Source: Octopus vulgaris
Lineage: Eukaryota
Reading direction: 5' to 3'
Length of the DNA stretch: 64,000 nt
NCBI GenBank assembly: GCA_951406725.2
Contig: OX597817.1
Location: forward strand, 1,426,001-1,490,000
In this document: piece by piece, positions 39,250 through 54,459 of the stretch
Position numbering within the stretch: the stretch's first letter is position 1
Layout of the letters: every line of letters begins with the position of its first letter
The notes under the pieces: generated by a model
What the model saw: the letters and a program-made list of their open reading frames with translations, nothing else
What the model was told of the DNA's origin: nothing
Databases searched by the model: none
Program-made: the position numbers and the translations under genes

Positions 39250-39480
39250 CTATCAGTGTGTCTTTGTCTCTATGTTTGTTCAGTCCACCATTGCTTGACA
39301 ACCGAAGTCAGTGTGCTTATGTTCACATAACTTAGCGGTTCGCCAAAAATGGCCGATAGAAGTAGCAGGCTTACAAAGAATAAGTTCTGGGGTCGATTTC
39401 TTCGACTAAAAACTATTTACGGTGGCGCTCCTGCAGGCCGCAGTCAAATGACTGAAACAAGTAAAAGACTAAAAGAATAA
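39250..39480 (+). mobile_element. SINE family B 3' half (continuation of 35119-35273)
   Basis: Matches 63720-63933; another 3' piece follows at 39695-39815. Confidence 0.85.
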
Positions 39481-39607
39481 ATAAATAGGTATACACATAT
39501 ATATATATGCATATTATATATATAGTATACACGTATACTATATATATATATATATATATATTTAAAAATTGAGGGAGATAAATTAATATTAATTTTAATA
39601 TCAATAC

Positions 39608-39678
<71 letters not shown>

Positions 39679-40059
39679 CGCACACACGCACATATATAAG
39701 TACTAAGCTTACAAAAAATAAGTCCTGGGGTCGATTTGCTCGACTAAAGCAGGTGCCCCCAGCATGGCCGCAATCAAATGACTGAAACAAGATAAAAGAA
39801 TAAAAGAATGAAGAATATATATATGCGGGTTTCCTAGTTTAATTAAGCTAATGTGCTTAATTAAACTAGGAAATCTGCACCTAAATAATACTCACCCCGC
39901 CCTTATTACCAAAAGAAACTAACCAATCTATCACCAACAAACCTCTACGCAGCGAATTTATCAGCGCAAGAACAAAAATTTAATGTAAGAATTACCACTT
40001 TGTTTACATTAGCATCACACAATATCAATTATTTTCGCCTCCTAACCGATGTTATATTC

Positions 40060-40110
40060 GCATTCTGAAGAGATTTACTTAAACCAGTAAATTGAAGCGA
40101 TCGTAAATGC
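40060..40110 (+). ncRNA. Minimal type I hammerhead candidate (A15.1 changed to G)
   Basis: GCAUU-CUGAAGA-GAUUUACU(UAAACC)AGUAAAUU-GAAG-CGAUCG-UA-AAUGC. Confidence 0.68.
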
Positions 40111-40207
40111 TTCCCTCATCTCTGCTTCTTCCTTCTTTGTTATCTATTTAATTAAAGACATACCAGCGAAAACTACGAGTTTCCCATTGTTATTATATCC
40201 ATTTTCT

Positions 40208-40239
<32 letters not shown>

Positions 40240-40241
<2 letters not shown>

Positions 40242-40347
40242 CCCAAGAGGGTGACTCCTGGAAGACCCTTCTGCACCATGCCGCACAAGCAGGAGAATCC
40301 AGTATTGGGTGTCAGACAATTTCTGCGACCACATTGCTCCTAACATA
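40240..40347 (+). mobile_element. Fragment of the same DD37D/maT family
   Basis: Aligns with the reverse complement of about 34380-34510. Confidence 0.7.
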
Positions 40348-40577
40348 CATATATAGATCCCAGAGTATGTTGGTCATGAAGAAGGTGAGATCAATTGGTA
40401 TTGAAATATACATTACTTACTGATGTATTCAACGCAAAGATAAGCCTATTTCTAATATGTTCATTGCATTGCTCGCGTGAGTGATATATATGTGTGTGTA
40501 TATATATATATATATATGTATATACATATATATATATATATATATGTGGGGGTGTTATGTGTGTGTGTGTGTGTGTA

Positions 40578-40932
40578 TTTTACTTGTTTCAGTCAACAGA
40601 ATGCGGCCATGCTGGGGCACTATCTTGGAGGATCTAATTCAAACTAATCGATTCCAGTACTTTTGTACATTTCTTTTCCTTAAATCCAAGTACGTATTCT
40701 ATCGGTAAATTTTACTGATAAGATGCGGGGACGTGAACACACCAACAGCAGTTGTAAAACCATCATGGGGCACAAACACACACACACACACACACACGGC
40801 CATCATATGCATTCACAAGGTTCTGGTAGGCCCGAGGCTAAAGTAGAAGACACTTGCCCAAGGTGCAGTGAGACTGAACCCGGAACATGTGGCTGGGAAG
40901 TAAACATCATACTACACAGCCACTCCTGCGGC
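40578..40932 (-). mobile_element. SINE family B, degenerate copy
   Basis: Both head and tail match 63516-63933 in reverse. Confidence 0.75.
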
Positions 40933-41764
40933 TATATATATATATGTATGTGTATGTATGTATGTATAAATATGCATACATACATACATACATACATGTG
41001 TGTGCGTGAGTAAAAGCATGTGTTACAAAGTGTGAGAAAAAGAGATACAGGCATATAAATTAAATAAAGCAAACAAATCACGAAGTAATTTAGGTCGAAG
41101 GGATGCTGAGAAAGTGGAGAGTCTTGCGACCGGTGTTTACTCGTACAAGAGCAGGAAAGAGTTATAAACAAATAGATATAAATATAAACAAATTGGTATT
41201 AAAAACAGGTCGCTAAAATAACATGAAGGTCTTCAGCGAACCCTCGGTGAAACACATTATGGTTTCGAACACTTGTAAGGGAACAATAGGGTGTTTAATA
41301 GTATTAGGTAACTATAGCTGGAAGTGATATGAAATAAATTTGAGAGAAAATGATGATGGTAATAAAAGACACTAAGATGGAGGACAAAATCATGAAGGGT
41401 GAATTATCTCTCGATAGTTAGACAAGATGGTGTAAATAATTGGAATAACGTGTATTCGTGGTGTACATTGTATGAATGCATGTATGTGCTTATGTATGCA
41501 TGCATATATGTATGTATACACACACACACACACACACATATGTCAAGACTACTGAAAAGGTCGCAAGACGCAAAGCAAATTTTAGGAAAATAAAAACAAA
41601 AAATAAGTGGAAATTTTACCGGTGAGTGTGTTACATTATAAGGCACAAAAAGAAAATGACTCCCCCCAGACACAACAGAATATGCTTCAACACACGAACT
41701 CATATAAAGAATCTTGCAAACCAAATCCAAAACGAAATATATATATATATATATATATATAAAC

Positions 41765-43499
<1,735 letters not shown>

Positions 43500-43596
43500 C
43501 GGGAAGCTTTATGAAAATAAACAAAAGACGAAGGCAGGTGGAAAACAAACGAACAATTGTATTAGTATGGCGCTCAGGAAATATAAATAAAACAAG

Positions 43597-43634
43597 TCTT
43601 TAACGTTTCGAGCCTACGCTCTTCAACAGAAAGA
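43597..43634 (-). ncRNA. Minimal hammerhead-like motif (A6 changed to U)
   Basis: UCUUU-CUGUUGA-A-GAGC(GUAG)GCUC-GAAA-CG-UU-AAAGA within a module of about 210 bp between (TA)n tracts. Confidence 0.55.
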
Positions 43635-43749
43635 TACACAGAGAGAGAAAAACACAGAAAGAAGGAGAGAAAAAAAAATGCGTGCAGTAGCTAACGAATC
43701 AACATATATATATGTATGTATATGTATATATACAGAAGCACTAGTTAAC

Positions 43750-45795
43750 CCTAATATTTACGATGATTAACTAGTTAAAAACATAAGTAACTACATCCGA
43801 TACAAACGTAGAAATAAAACAGTCGACGATTTCTGTAACCCCATTGAAAACTTCCCCTATCACATCCTACAAAAACAAAAAAATTAACTCAAGCTTCAGC
43901 GCTAACCAATGGAAAGAATTAATTAAATTACAAAATGATGCGGAATTAAAAATTAACGAAAACGATAAAAGGATTGCGGTAGTAGTGATGGACACGGTTT
44001 ACTACAATAATCTAGCGATATACATGCTGAATAATGAAGACTACTACGAAACTACCGAAGACTACAATTCCCAAAGAATATTGAAAAGTCTCTCGACATT
44101 AGTTCAACTACACGGAAAAGGGGAAAAGGCCTGATGAAAACAGAAATAGACTACATAACTAACTTTAAATGTAAACCCATCCCCTTCTATAGCTTACCGA
44201 ATATTCGTAAAAGCCATATTATGAATGAAGCAATTACAAACACACTAAAGTGTGTGTGTTTTTGTGTGTGTGTGTGTGCGTGCGTGCACTTGTGTCATAC
44301 ATGCATATACCAACACCAGGAGACCTTAAATAAAGGCCTATTATAGCTGGACAATCCTGTGAAAGGCACCGACTGAGATACTTCAGTGACATCCTCTTGA
44401 AACCACTTCTAAAATACATAAAAAAGTTACATTAGAGATGATTTGGACATATCAAACCACCAATAAGGGTAAAGGAAAAACCACTGATGATCTCTTTTGA
44501 TGTTGTAAACCTGTATACTAAGATCTCCGATAATCATGGATTAGAAGCAATAAAGTTCCCGCTCTTGTAAACCTGACAATGGTCTATTTGGAAATAACAA
44601 TATATCAGGAGTCACTCACAAAATTCGGAAATTCTCTTTCCCAATACATAAAAGAAAACTGGAAAAGACATTTGGATGGCTGTCTCATTCTATGGAATGA
44701 GAACATGGAGAAAGTTTTGGAATTCAAAAGACTTCTTGATAGCATAAATACAAATATAGAATTCACAATGGAACACAACATTAAGGAACTCCCTTTCCTA
44801 GATATACTAATAAAAAGAAGTAAATAAAAAAGAGAAACCGACATATTTTACAAAACTACAGACTGGAAACAATACCTGATATTTAGCTCATGCCACCCGA
44901 GACATATTACAATAAACATCCTATTCAATCTGGCGAGAAGCATCTGCACTATAGTGTCGGAAAAAAACACCATATAACTCATACTGTAAGAACCCCAAAA
45001 CATACTCGTCGACAGACATTACCCAACTTCGCATATAGATGATGGGATAAAACGTGCAAAAATAATTAATATACAAAGACTAACAGAGGTCAAACAAAAG
45101 AACGCACCTATTCTAAAACTATTTGCTTATAATTTTCTACATACAACCCCCAGAAACAACGAAGCATATTATACTTTCATCTGAAACCTTCCAATACTGC
45201 ATAAGGACCCTAAGCTGTATGAAATTCTACGCGCCCATAAAATTATTAAAAGCAACAAAATGGATACTCTAAAATGGATACTCTCAAATGCAAAACTATA
45301 CTAAAAACTAAGGGAAGCAAGAGTTAAATAATGTGGGCGACCGAACTGTGGAATATGTTTCAACATAATGGAAGGCTCAGAATTCCCTGTTTACAGGGAC
45401 AAAAATAAAAAAATAAAACTGACTTCATTTGCGCCTCTAAAAATCTCATCTACGTCATAACATTTTCCGTTTGCGGAAGGAACTACATAAGTTCGACAAG
45501 AATGTCCCTAAGATGTAGATCTACACTACACAGCGAACAAAGTAACCAACCCCAATAATGTTAAATACCACTCGGTGATCACATATCCAGACGTGCTAAG
45601 GTACGCCAACTATAATTCAAAAACGTATGATTTCATAACATTGAGTCATGATTTGCGAAGCGAAACCGATTGACTCTGTACATATTGTAATGGATTAAAT
45701 GATCTTTATCTACACAAACATGACTTCCGTAATTTTTCGCCTTATATCTTATTTTACATTTATCACCACGTGGAATCTCTGTCCGAAATTTTCAA

Positions 45796-45800
<5 letters not shown>
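43750..45800 (+). mobile_element. Penelope-like element remnant (RT, Zn-finger-like motif, GIY-YIG; Neptune-like)
   Basis: IKINENDKRIAVVVMD-like, YSLPNIRKS, WKRHLDGC, ELPFLDILI, CGRPNCGIC, FICASKNLIYVIT..CGRNYI; many stops and frameshifts. Confidence 0.9.
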
Positions 45801-45886
<86 letters not shown>

Positions 45887-46959
45887 TGTGTGTGTGTGTG
45901 TGAGTGTGTGTATTTATTGCATACTTAAATTCGGGCTGTAATTTTGCCTCTGTGGATAAAATTGTTAACGGAAAGAAGAGAATCCACCCAAAGCCAGTTT
46001 TAAGCTACTGTAGCTTGTTCCAATATCTAGGGGTTTATTTCACCTGAATGTATTTGGATCAGAGAAAAGACAAGGCTTTGTTCATGTGATAGTTAACCGA
46101 ATATAAATGTTGGCCAAGATTGTCGGTGATGTTAAACTCGTGAAGCATAATGGGTTCTACCTCTATTTTGTAGGCTTGAGGAGAAGCAATTGACATTTGT
46201 GGAGGCCTTTGCCTTTATAGAGCTGAAACTATAAATTGGGGTTATTCACTCTGACGGTGCGACCATAAGATAAACAGTATTCTACTTCAATACTTGTAGC
46301 AGATTATTTAATTTCTGACTTCACACACACACACACTTGCATGAAGATGAATAACACACACATACGCACACATATACACAAACATATCTTGAACTAGTGC
46401 CATTGAATTTAAGTGTCCAACTTTTATTAATATTATGTCAATGCAATATCCACAATGGAAGTGAGTTTGCAAGGAGTTAAACTGGTTAAACCAAGTTATC
46501 AAAGCAAATTATTTAGCAAATAAATACAAAGATGGGACTGATGCTTTAAGATTTTATACTTAAGAGCAACAGCTATTTCCATTGCTAAAATGTAGACATA
46601 TCTAGGCATTACATGATTAATACTTAATAATGCATGCGTAATTAATTTTAATGAAATGAGTAGATTGTTTCATCCAGAAATAAAATTGAAATATGAAAAC
46701 CAAAACACTGTACCGATGCGCTTTTAAGAATTAATATCCATACTTTTGTAGAACAAGAATTTATTTTTCTTTAACAAGAATAGTATTGACAGTGACCTAG
46801 AATTTGCGGCCTGCTAAGCCATCATCGGAGTGTGATGCATAAAATTAATCTTGGTTTTAAATCGACCCTGTTCAGATAATTTTTTCTGAGGTTTCTGGGG
46901 TTCACTTGAATCGTAATTAGGTTGTAGGGTGGGTTGTGATGAAGAGGTGTTGTGGAGAA

Positions 46960-47600
46960 TTCTTATTGATTAGATTTGAGGTTATGTTATTGTTCAGAAT
47001 TTATTCATTTTGGGTGTTTATTTAGGTGCGTCAGCTTCGGCCATGGGATAACTTTTTAGGAAAAGGAAATAGGTAAGTCGATGTGTCGTTAATTTAATCA
47101 TTTTTGGTTTTATTCGATTTAATCCTTTTCATTGGCAATGTAAATATAAGAGTTAGAATTTTAGTCAAGCATTTAAAGACTTAGGAATTGGGCGTCTCAG
47201 ATTTTTGTTATGGAATTTTTAAGGGCCCACAAAAGGGTGTAAATAGGTGGTACGTTGTAGCTGCTCAATAAGATTCTTATTGAAGTTATTTAGAGTAATT
47301 CCTATTTGTATTTGTAAAGTGGAGGTTATTAGTCGAGTAGGCCATGATGTTGTTAGGATAAAAATTCGTCTATCTTTTGCTTTGATATTCACAAGAGGAT
47401 GTGGATAGGTGTAAAGATTGTTAGTCAGTATATTTCTCTCTGCGCGTTCAATGACTTGTAAGCAATTTGATTAATATGTAGAAACGTCAACCTTTATGTA
47501 TTAAGGAGGCAAGTTTGTGGGCTATGTGTTTATAAATATTTCTTCAGTTCGGTTTCAGTAATGATTATTTAAAGCCAATGGATATATGGGAAACTGGGGC
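46960..47600 (-). mobile_element. Possible very old Penelope-like fragment
   Basis: Minus strand GP*KFHNKNLRRPI resembles GLPKIHK..PLRPI; a hammerhead-like relic lies downstream at 46789-46833. Confidence 0.3.
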
Positions 47601-48583
47601 ATTATAGAAATCTGAATACATACTTATGTATAACAATAGCAATAAAAATCAAATTTAAATTAAAAAATTGATTTGAATATTATATCTTTTAACATCAAAA
47701 AGGAAAAATAAAAAAGAAAACACACACATATACGCACACATACACACACGCAAACACATAGAAACACAGACACACGGACATACATTTACACACACAAACA
47801 CGCATTTTGTGAGGACATAAAAATACCCAGGTATTTGTTTCGGGTCACGCTAAAGCAAAAAAATTCCAAAAATAAATCCTAACTGACTTCTGGGTATCCT
47901 TTTACGGGTAAAATCTAGTAGCTATGTTTTCTGATATAAAACCCGCTCTTGAAATCGTTTCCGGTCATCATGCTCATGCTTGTCACTGGATATTTAAACA
48001 CGGATACTTAAAGAGTAGTATATGTGTCGTTCAAGCGTATCTCACTGTAAACTAGTAGACAGATGATACCCTTCTCGAATGAGACGGCTATCATCTAACA
48101 TGACATAAATCACAAGCACACACATGCGAACACGCTCTTCTATGTGTGCTTATATGTATGTATGTATGCATTTATGTATGTATGTATGCATGTTTGTATG
48201 TATGTATGTATCTATCTATCTATCAATCTATATATCTATCTATATATCTATCTCTCTCTCTATATATATATATACATGTAAACGGCTAACCATCCCACCA
48301 TACATACCTGTAGCCCCGACTGACACCTCTCCAGTTTTGCTTTGACACGCACACAACTTCGCTGTATTACAATCTCTCTTCTTCCGTTACCAATCTGTTC
48401 GGTGGAACTCACGCACGCGAGTGGCAGCCTGCCGTCTAATGAAATATAAACACCGCGTATTCATGAATATACATCTCTCTGCTCGGCTCGTACATATACA
48501 TTTGAATGCATTCAAGCATATGCACACAAACCACAACAAGGAGTGACCATCAGAGGGGACATATATATATATATATATACATG

Positions 48584-48621
<38 letters not shown>

Positions 48622-48764
48622 AAATACACGCGTGTGTGTATATATGTGTGTGTATATGTGTGTATTAATTCATGATAAAATATAAGGATAAAATCACGTT
48701 AATGATTTTCATCAGGTAGTCAGCATGCTACAAAAATCTATAGGTAATTCATACATTAAATTAA

Positions 48765-48904
<140 letters not shown>

Positions 48905-49136
48905 TCACCACCATGACTTAATCACCTCTTTTTGACTGCTTTTGATGGAGTGTACACCACTGTAGGATACCATAGTCACTAATTTTCTTTTCCTTTTCTT
49001 TTAATTAAACGGTTTTTACCACAGGTACCTGCTCGAATTTGAAAATATCAGTCTTATGAATTAAATTATGGAAGCGTAACTTTCTTGCGTTTATTTTCCA
49101 TGGTTCCATGATGTGAAACTGGAGCATTGAGGGTAA

Positions 49137-49177
49137 GTCACTGATGAAGTCACAAAGTGCGACGAAAGGGCTCTGAT
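49137..49177 (+). ncRNA. Minimal type I hammerhead candidate
   Basis: GUCA-CUGAUGA-A-GUC(ACAAAGUGC)GAC-GAAA-GGGC-UC-UGAU. Confidence 0.6.
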
Positions 49178-50747
49178 AAGACGACAGATTTACTTATCAA
49201 ACGATTGACCAAGCCATTTGTTTTATTAACAGCACATAATTTATACACCCCACCTCTCATACAAAAGGTGAATGGGAGATTCTGCATAATATGAACTTAG
49301 AACATAGAAATAGGAAATATGATACAGTAAGTTAATTTTAATTTTTTACCAATTGAACGCCTTAGATTAATACGAAATACAATATCATCTTATGAAAATT
49401 TCCATACATAAATCTTTATTATATAGCATTTGTATGTGATATTTTTGAACAATAGTTAGATAAAAAGATAATGTAATATTTTCTGCACTGACAGATTGAA
49501 AAATTAGAAAGATAATAACTTTTATATTTTCACTTAAATTTGTACGAATTAGATTTTGTACCTTGGTGCATCTCCCAATCATTCTTTCAGATGGAAATTT
49601 CCTCATGTGTTGGTCAATAATTTTCTAATCGTTAAAATTTTATATGCAAGATTCTAAAATTAGCTTTAAATTAAGTTAGGATATATTATATTATTTCATC
49701 GTATTTACGACTTAGTTTCACATTCCTTTGAATCTGGTAAAATATTCGACACGAATTTCTTTTCTTTTTCTTTTTTGTGAAGAATGTTTTCTTTCATCTG
49801 ATTTTTTTTGTTGGCAATTATTTGCATGTTTATAATCAGTTGCTTTCTTCCCTTCTTCCAAGACTGATACAAAGTGCTGCTAAGTCTCTAACGTTTTGGC
49901 TAAGAGGTCGAAAGACCGTTAGTTCGTATGCAGTCGCCAGATTTCAGTTATTACAAGAACTATAACGAATTTGATGCAAGTACACCAGAGGAGGTAGTAT
50001 ATGAGAGAAAATATCCCAGAAAATGTATTGGTATTATATGCAGGAGTGTTTCTTACAGAGATATTTTAGGTGGCTTTTGAGAAATGGGTGAACTCTGGAA
50101 AGTAAATAGGGATCTCCTTGTCCAGTAGATGTGAGTTGGAGAGTTCGATTGTTAGGCATGTATGTCAAAGAGGAACCGTGAACGTAGTTTCGGTGTTAAT
50201 GTAAAGTTTCTGCGTTAGTATCAAGTGGAAGAAATGAAGACATGGATTATGGATTATCAGATTTAGTGTCTTCATAAACAGACCAGTTGGAAGTCGCGGG
50301 CCTCCCAAGAACTGCACAAAAATCCACATATTCTTCGGATTATGAGATTATGCTTTAGGTGGTAGGAAAACCTTCAATGATATTAACTAAGTATTTGACC
50401 AATTTTAGTGTATTCTGGCGCGCGTCTTTTACAGCTGACCCTGTTTAGACCACGAGCGGAACGGAGGTTTCTATACAAACTGGGTAAGACAAATAAAATG
50501 CCTGTTGAGTTTGCTTGTAACAGAATGACCTTCATTAATGTTGCGCAAGAGCCAGAAATGGACGACTTAAACCTATTACACAAGATATATGGCATTAAAT
50601 TACACACTGACAGAGCATATTCAAATATTACTTTTTGTCGACGAATGAAGAGAGTGCTCAATACATGTCTAGAGCATGTAGTTTCTTTAAAGTGAATTCC
50701 TTTCTTGCGACTCGAACCTCACATTGGCATTCTGTATGGCGTGAAAC

Positions 50748-50912
50748 TTATGTATGTATGTATGTATGTATGTACGTATGTATGTATGTATGTATGTATG
50801 TATGTATGTATGTATGTATGTATGTATGTATGTATGTATGTATGTATGTATGTATGTGTGTATGTATGTTTGTATGTATGGATGGATGTGTGCGTGTATG
50901 TGTATGTGTGTG
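50748..50912. repeat. (TATG)n microsatellite
   Basis: Seen directly. Confidence 0.95.
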
Positions 50913-52009
50913 TTAGAAAACCTGTCAGCTCAGTCATAGCAGCTATTTAGCAGTATCTTAGATCTACCATATATTTTTCACTTATTCTTAATATCATATT
51001 TTATTTATCCTTGCTTCTAGATTAAGTTTTGATCTTAGATTTATTCTGGTCAATGCATTTTCTATCTAAACTTTAACGCTGTATATTTGTATAAGTATAC
51101 ATACACACTTATATACGTACCTCCCTATATATCTCACTATCTTCCTTGCTCTTCATCCCTCACACAAACGCATGTATTCACATAGAAGGACACACACACA
51201 CACACACACAGATACTTGCAGATCGAAAGATACGTTAGCATATTGATTCACAGAACAAACACCATAATATGCGTGTTTGTCTTTATATTTGCTTTTGGTT
51301 CTTTTTTTCACAAAGATAGGACAACGTTAATATAAAGCCTTACAACAATTAAGTGCAAATAGATTAAGGTTCGAGATTCTAACACCAGAGTTGAAATAAC
51401 AAGATCTGATTTGAAAACCTAAAACCATATTTGGAAATATAAGACTTAGGTTTGAAACAGTAACTCCTGAGTCATGATCGTCGGAACATATAATCTCGTG
51501 TCACGAGTAGTAAGAAACTAAAGAGGTAACAAAGAAAAACTAAAGAATAAAAATTGAAAACAAGAGAAATTCGGATTTCATCTGACACACGCATACATGC
51601 ACACATATAAGTAGCATACATACACACCACATACAAACACACACGCACACATGTAAACACACATGTTTTTTTTTTCTGCGTGTGTATCCTCGCGTGTTAT
51701 TAAGTAGCTACAAAATGAACATCCGCAAAAGCCAAATATTCGCCACATCGATAGGGACATTTGATTTGAGATGCAAAACATCCAAACGTTAATATTTTGA
51801 ATTATTTAAATTTTCAGCATTGCTATTATTGATAAAGCTAAATATTTTATTTACTTATTTTCACCATTTCTCTGCTGTGTTTCATGAGAAGGAATCACTT
51901 GCTTTTCCCATTTCCCGACGAAATATGTCCTCGAAACTCACGCAATAAAACAGGAACTAATACACAGTTGTTGGACTTAATGGTATTAGCTACTAATATA
52001 TATATATAC

Positions 52010-52081
<72 letters not shown>

Positions 52082-53289
52082 GTGTGCGTGTGTGTGTGAG
52101 TGTGTGTAAGTGTGTGTGTGTGTGTGTAAGTATGTATGTATGTATATAGGTATGTATGTATGCATTATCCATCGAGTGTGTCTCTACATGCTTCCTTCTG
52201 TGAACCCTCAGCCCATGCATGATGCAGTTGGAGGGGCACGGCCGGATCTTTTGAAAAGAGTAGCCGAATAGTCCTCATATGATACCTTACTTTCTGATGT
52301 ATGTTTGAGCTGTTGAAAGAGACCATTAGACGTTTTAGAAACAGCAGCAACATTACACTACATCCTAATTCCAACAAAACTTTGCAATGTTACAAAAATC
52401 AACCATTAAATATAGTAAGTCACATCAACGTCAAGAAACTTTGCTCGAAACACTTTATTTACCGAATGAATTTGAAGTCAAATGATTAAACCTGGAGTTC
52501 AAAGCTTCTTATGAGTAACAATGGAAAGATGTTAGACTGAACTTGGTAGATCATGTCTTTTCATCTATTCAGTATATTTTGGCACTGCAAGAAACGGAAG
52601 CCCTAATACAAAGATGCAGAAACCCAGATTTAGCAATTCCATTGAAACTACTGAATGCCTTTCGTCTGCAGCTGATACATTTTTGCACTTTTTAGTACTA
52701 TACATCTATACGAGATATTTTCTCATGATGAATACCACAGTGTTTTAACTTTATATTGTATATCTATACTAAGGAAGCTATACAGAAAGCTATTCTGAAA
52801 TAATACTGCTTCCGTTGCTAATAGCGAGTTTTTAATCCAACCAGCCAGCTATTTACGCCATCAGTGAATTGTAAATCAATAATTTTCTACATCAATAATT
52901 CGCTACATCAAATAAAATTTGTCTAACCATACAGTTGGTAGTGGATATTTATTACTGATGATACGCAAGGACACAGAAATCCGGCTTTAGCAATTCCACC
53001 ACCGCTACGAGAACCTTTCTGTCTGTTACTGACAAATATTGCAGTGTTGCGGTTTTCTACTGTATATCCACGTTAAAAACCAAGAAGGCAGCATATAGAA
53101 AACGTAGCATATGGAAAACGAAAAACGGAACACAAAACAAAAACACAAAATCTAAAATGTAAAAAGCAAAAAATAAAAAGGGAAAAGAGTTATCCTCCTT
53201 AGAACTCAAATTATAACGTTGGAAAGATATCAACAAGTTAATCGGAGAATTTTCCAATTCTTCAAAATACATATGTCTGCAACCGCTGA

Positions 53290-54156
53290 AAGTTTATGAC
53301 CTAGAGTACAGTAGAGAGTTAGGAATCTTAGATCTGAACAGAGTCTGCACTCCTTCAGCTAAACAAAGCATACATTTCGATCCATTAACGTAATGTATGG
53401 ATTTCTCAATTACCTTCAACTTAATCACAAGTGATGTTTCGTTATCTTTCTAATATACGTAGCTAGCCAACTTAGTAGCTTTGCTTTTGTCCTTATTTCG
53501 GAAGGAGGCTATGTGATTGGCATAAAATCCAATACAGAGCTTCTTATCTGTTGTATTAATATTTAGGGTAACAGTAACTTCTGCTTCATATATGATAGAT
53601 TTAACCATATACAGTTGGTCAAGTGAACAGAATCTTGGGTCGCGAGAGCTGTAACTGGATTTAGGCTCTTGATATTGACCACGTGTAATGATACTCTTCA
53701 TATTGGGACAGCAACTATATGATAATATCATAGAATGCCTATTAAATATTTTCTTGTGTCTGTGAGTTGCTGGAAAGTGTTTGTCGAGGAGAGACAAGAA
53801 TCTTTTATCTATGTTATTTTTTATATTTAGGGAAAAGGGAGGGGTGACCCAAATAATTTTCCTTGGCCTATTATTAATCATCATTATTCTGATTAATACT
53901 AAAGGGATTGCTGGCAGAAACATTAGCACACCGGGCAAAATGCTTAGCGGTATTTCGTCTACCTTTACGTTCTGAGTTCAAATTCCGCCGAGGTTGACTT
54001 TGCCTTTCACCCTTTCGGGGTCGATAAATTAAGTACCAGCTTCGTACTGGAGGTTGATCTAATCGACTGGCCCTCTCCCCCAAAATTTCGGGCTTTGTGC
54101 CTAGAGTAGAACAGATCACTTTATCTTTGATGCCACAAGATGTATTATTATTATTA

Positions 54157-54205
<49 letters not shown>

Positions 54206-54365
54206 GATAATAACTAGAGGAATTATTAGTTTATCTTTGAAGGCATTATTGGCTCGGCATTGCTATAATAGAGGACAGCTTTCTCGGAAATGTCTTTAGA
54301 GGAAGAAAGGTTAGACACTCTATTACTAATATTAGCTATCAGGCTTTTAAATATTACAGGAAATT
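53290..54365 (-). mobile_element. Penelope-like element remnant (thumb/linker and GIY-YIG) interrupted by a SINE
   Basis: RKIIWVTPPFSLNIKNNIDKRFLSLLDKHFP...KIFNR...SYSC; IIYEAEV...CIG; ATKLASYVY; CMLCLAE; RVSNLSSS. Confidence 0.88.
53902..54117 (+). mobile_element. tRNA-derived SINE family A, well-preserved copy
   Basis: A-box-like TGGCAGAAACATT, B-box GAGTTCAAATTCC, conserved body; many homologs in this window. Confidence 0.85.
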
Positions 54366-54412
54366 TGTGTGTGTGTGTGTGTGTGTGTGTATCGTCTGTA
54401 TTATGAATGTCC

Positions 54413-54451
<39 letters not shown>

Positions 54452-54459
54452 ATAAAATA

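Noticed and set aside
48061-48096. Short hairpin AGATGATA...TATCATCT
   Set aside because: Too short and isolated to assign a function
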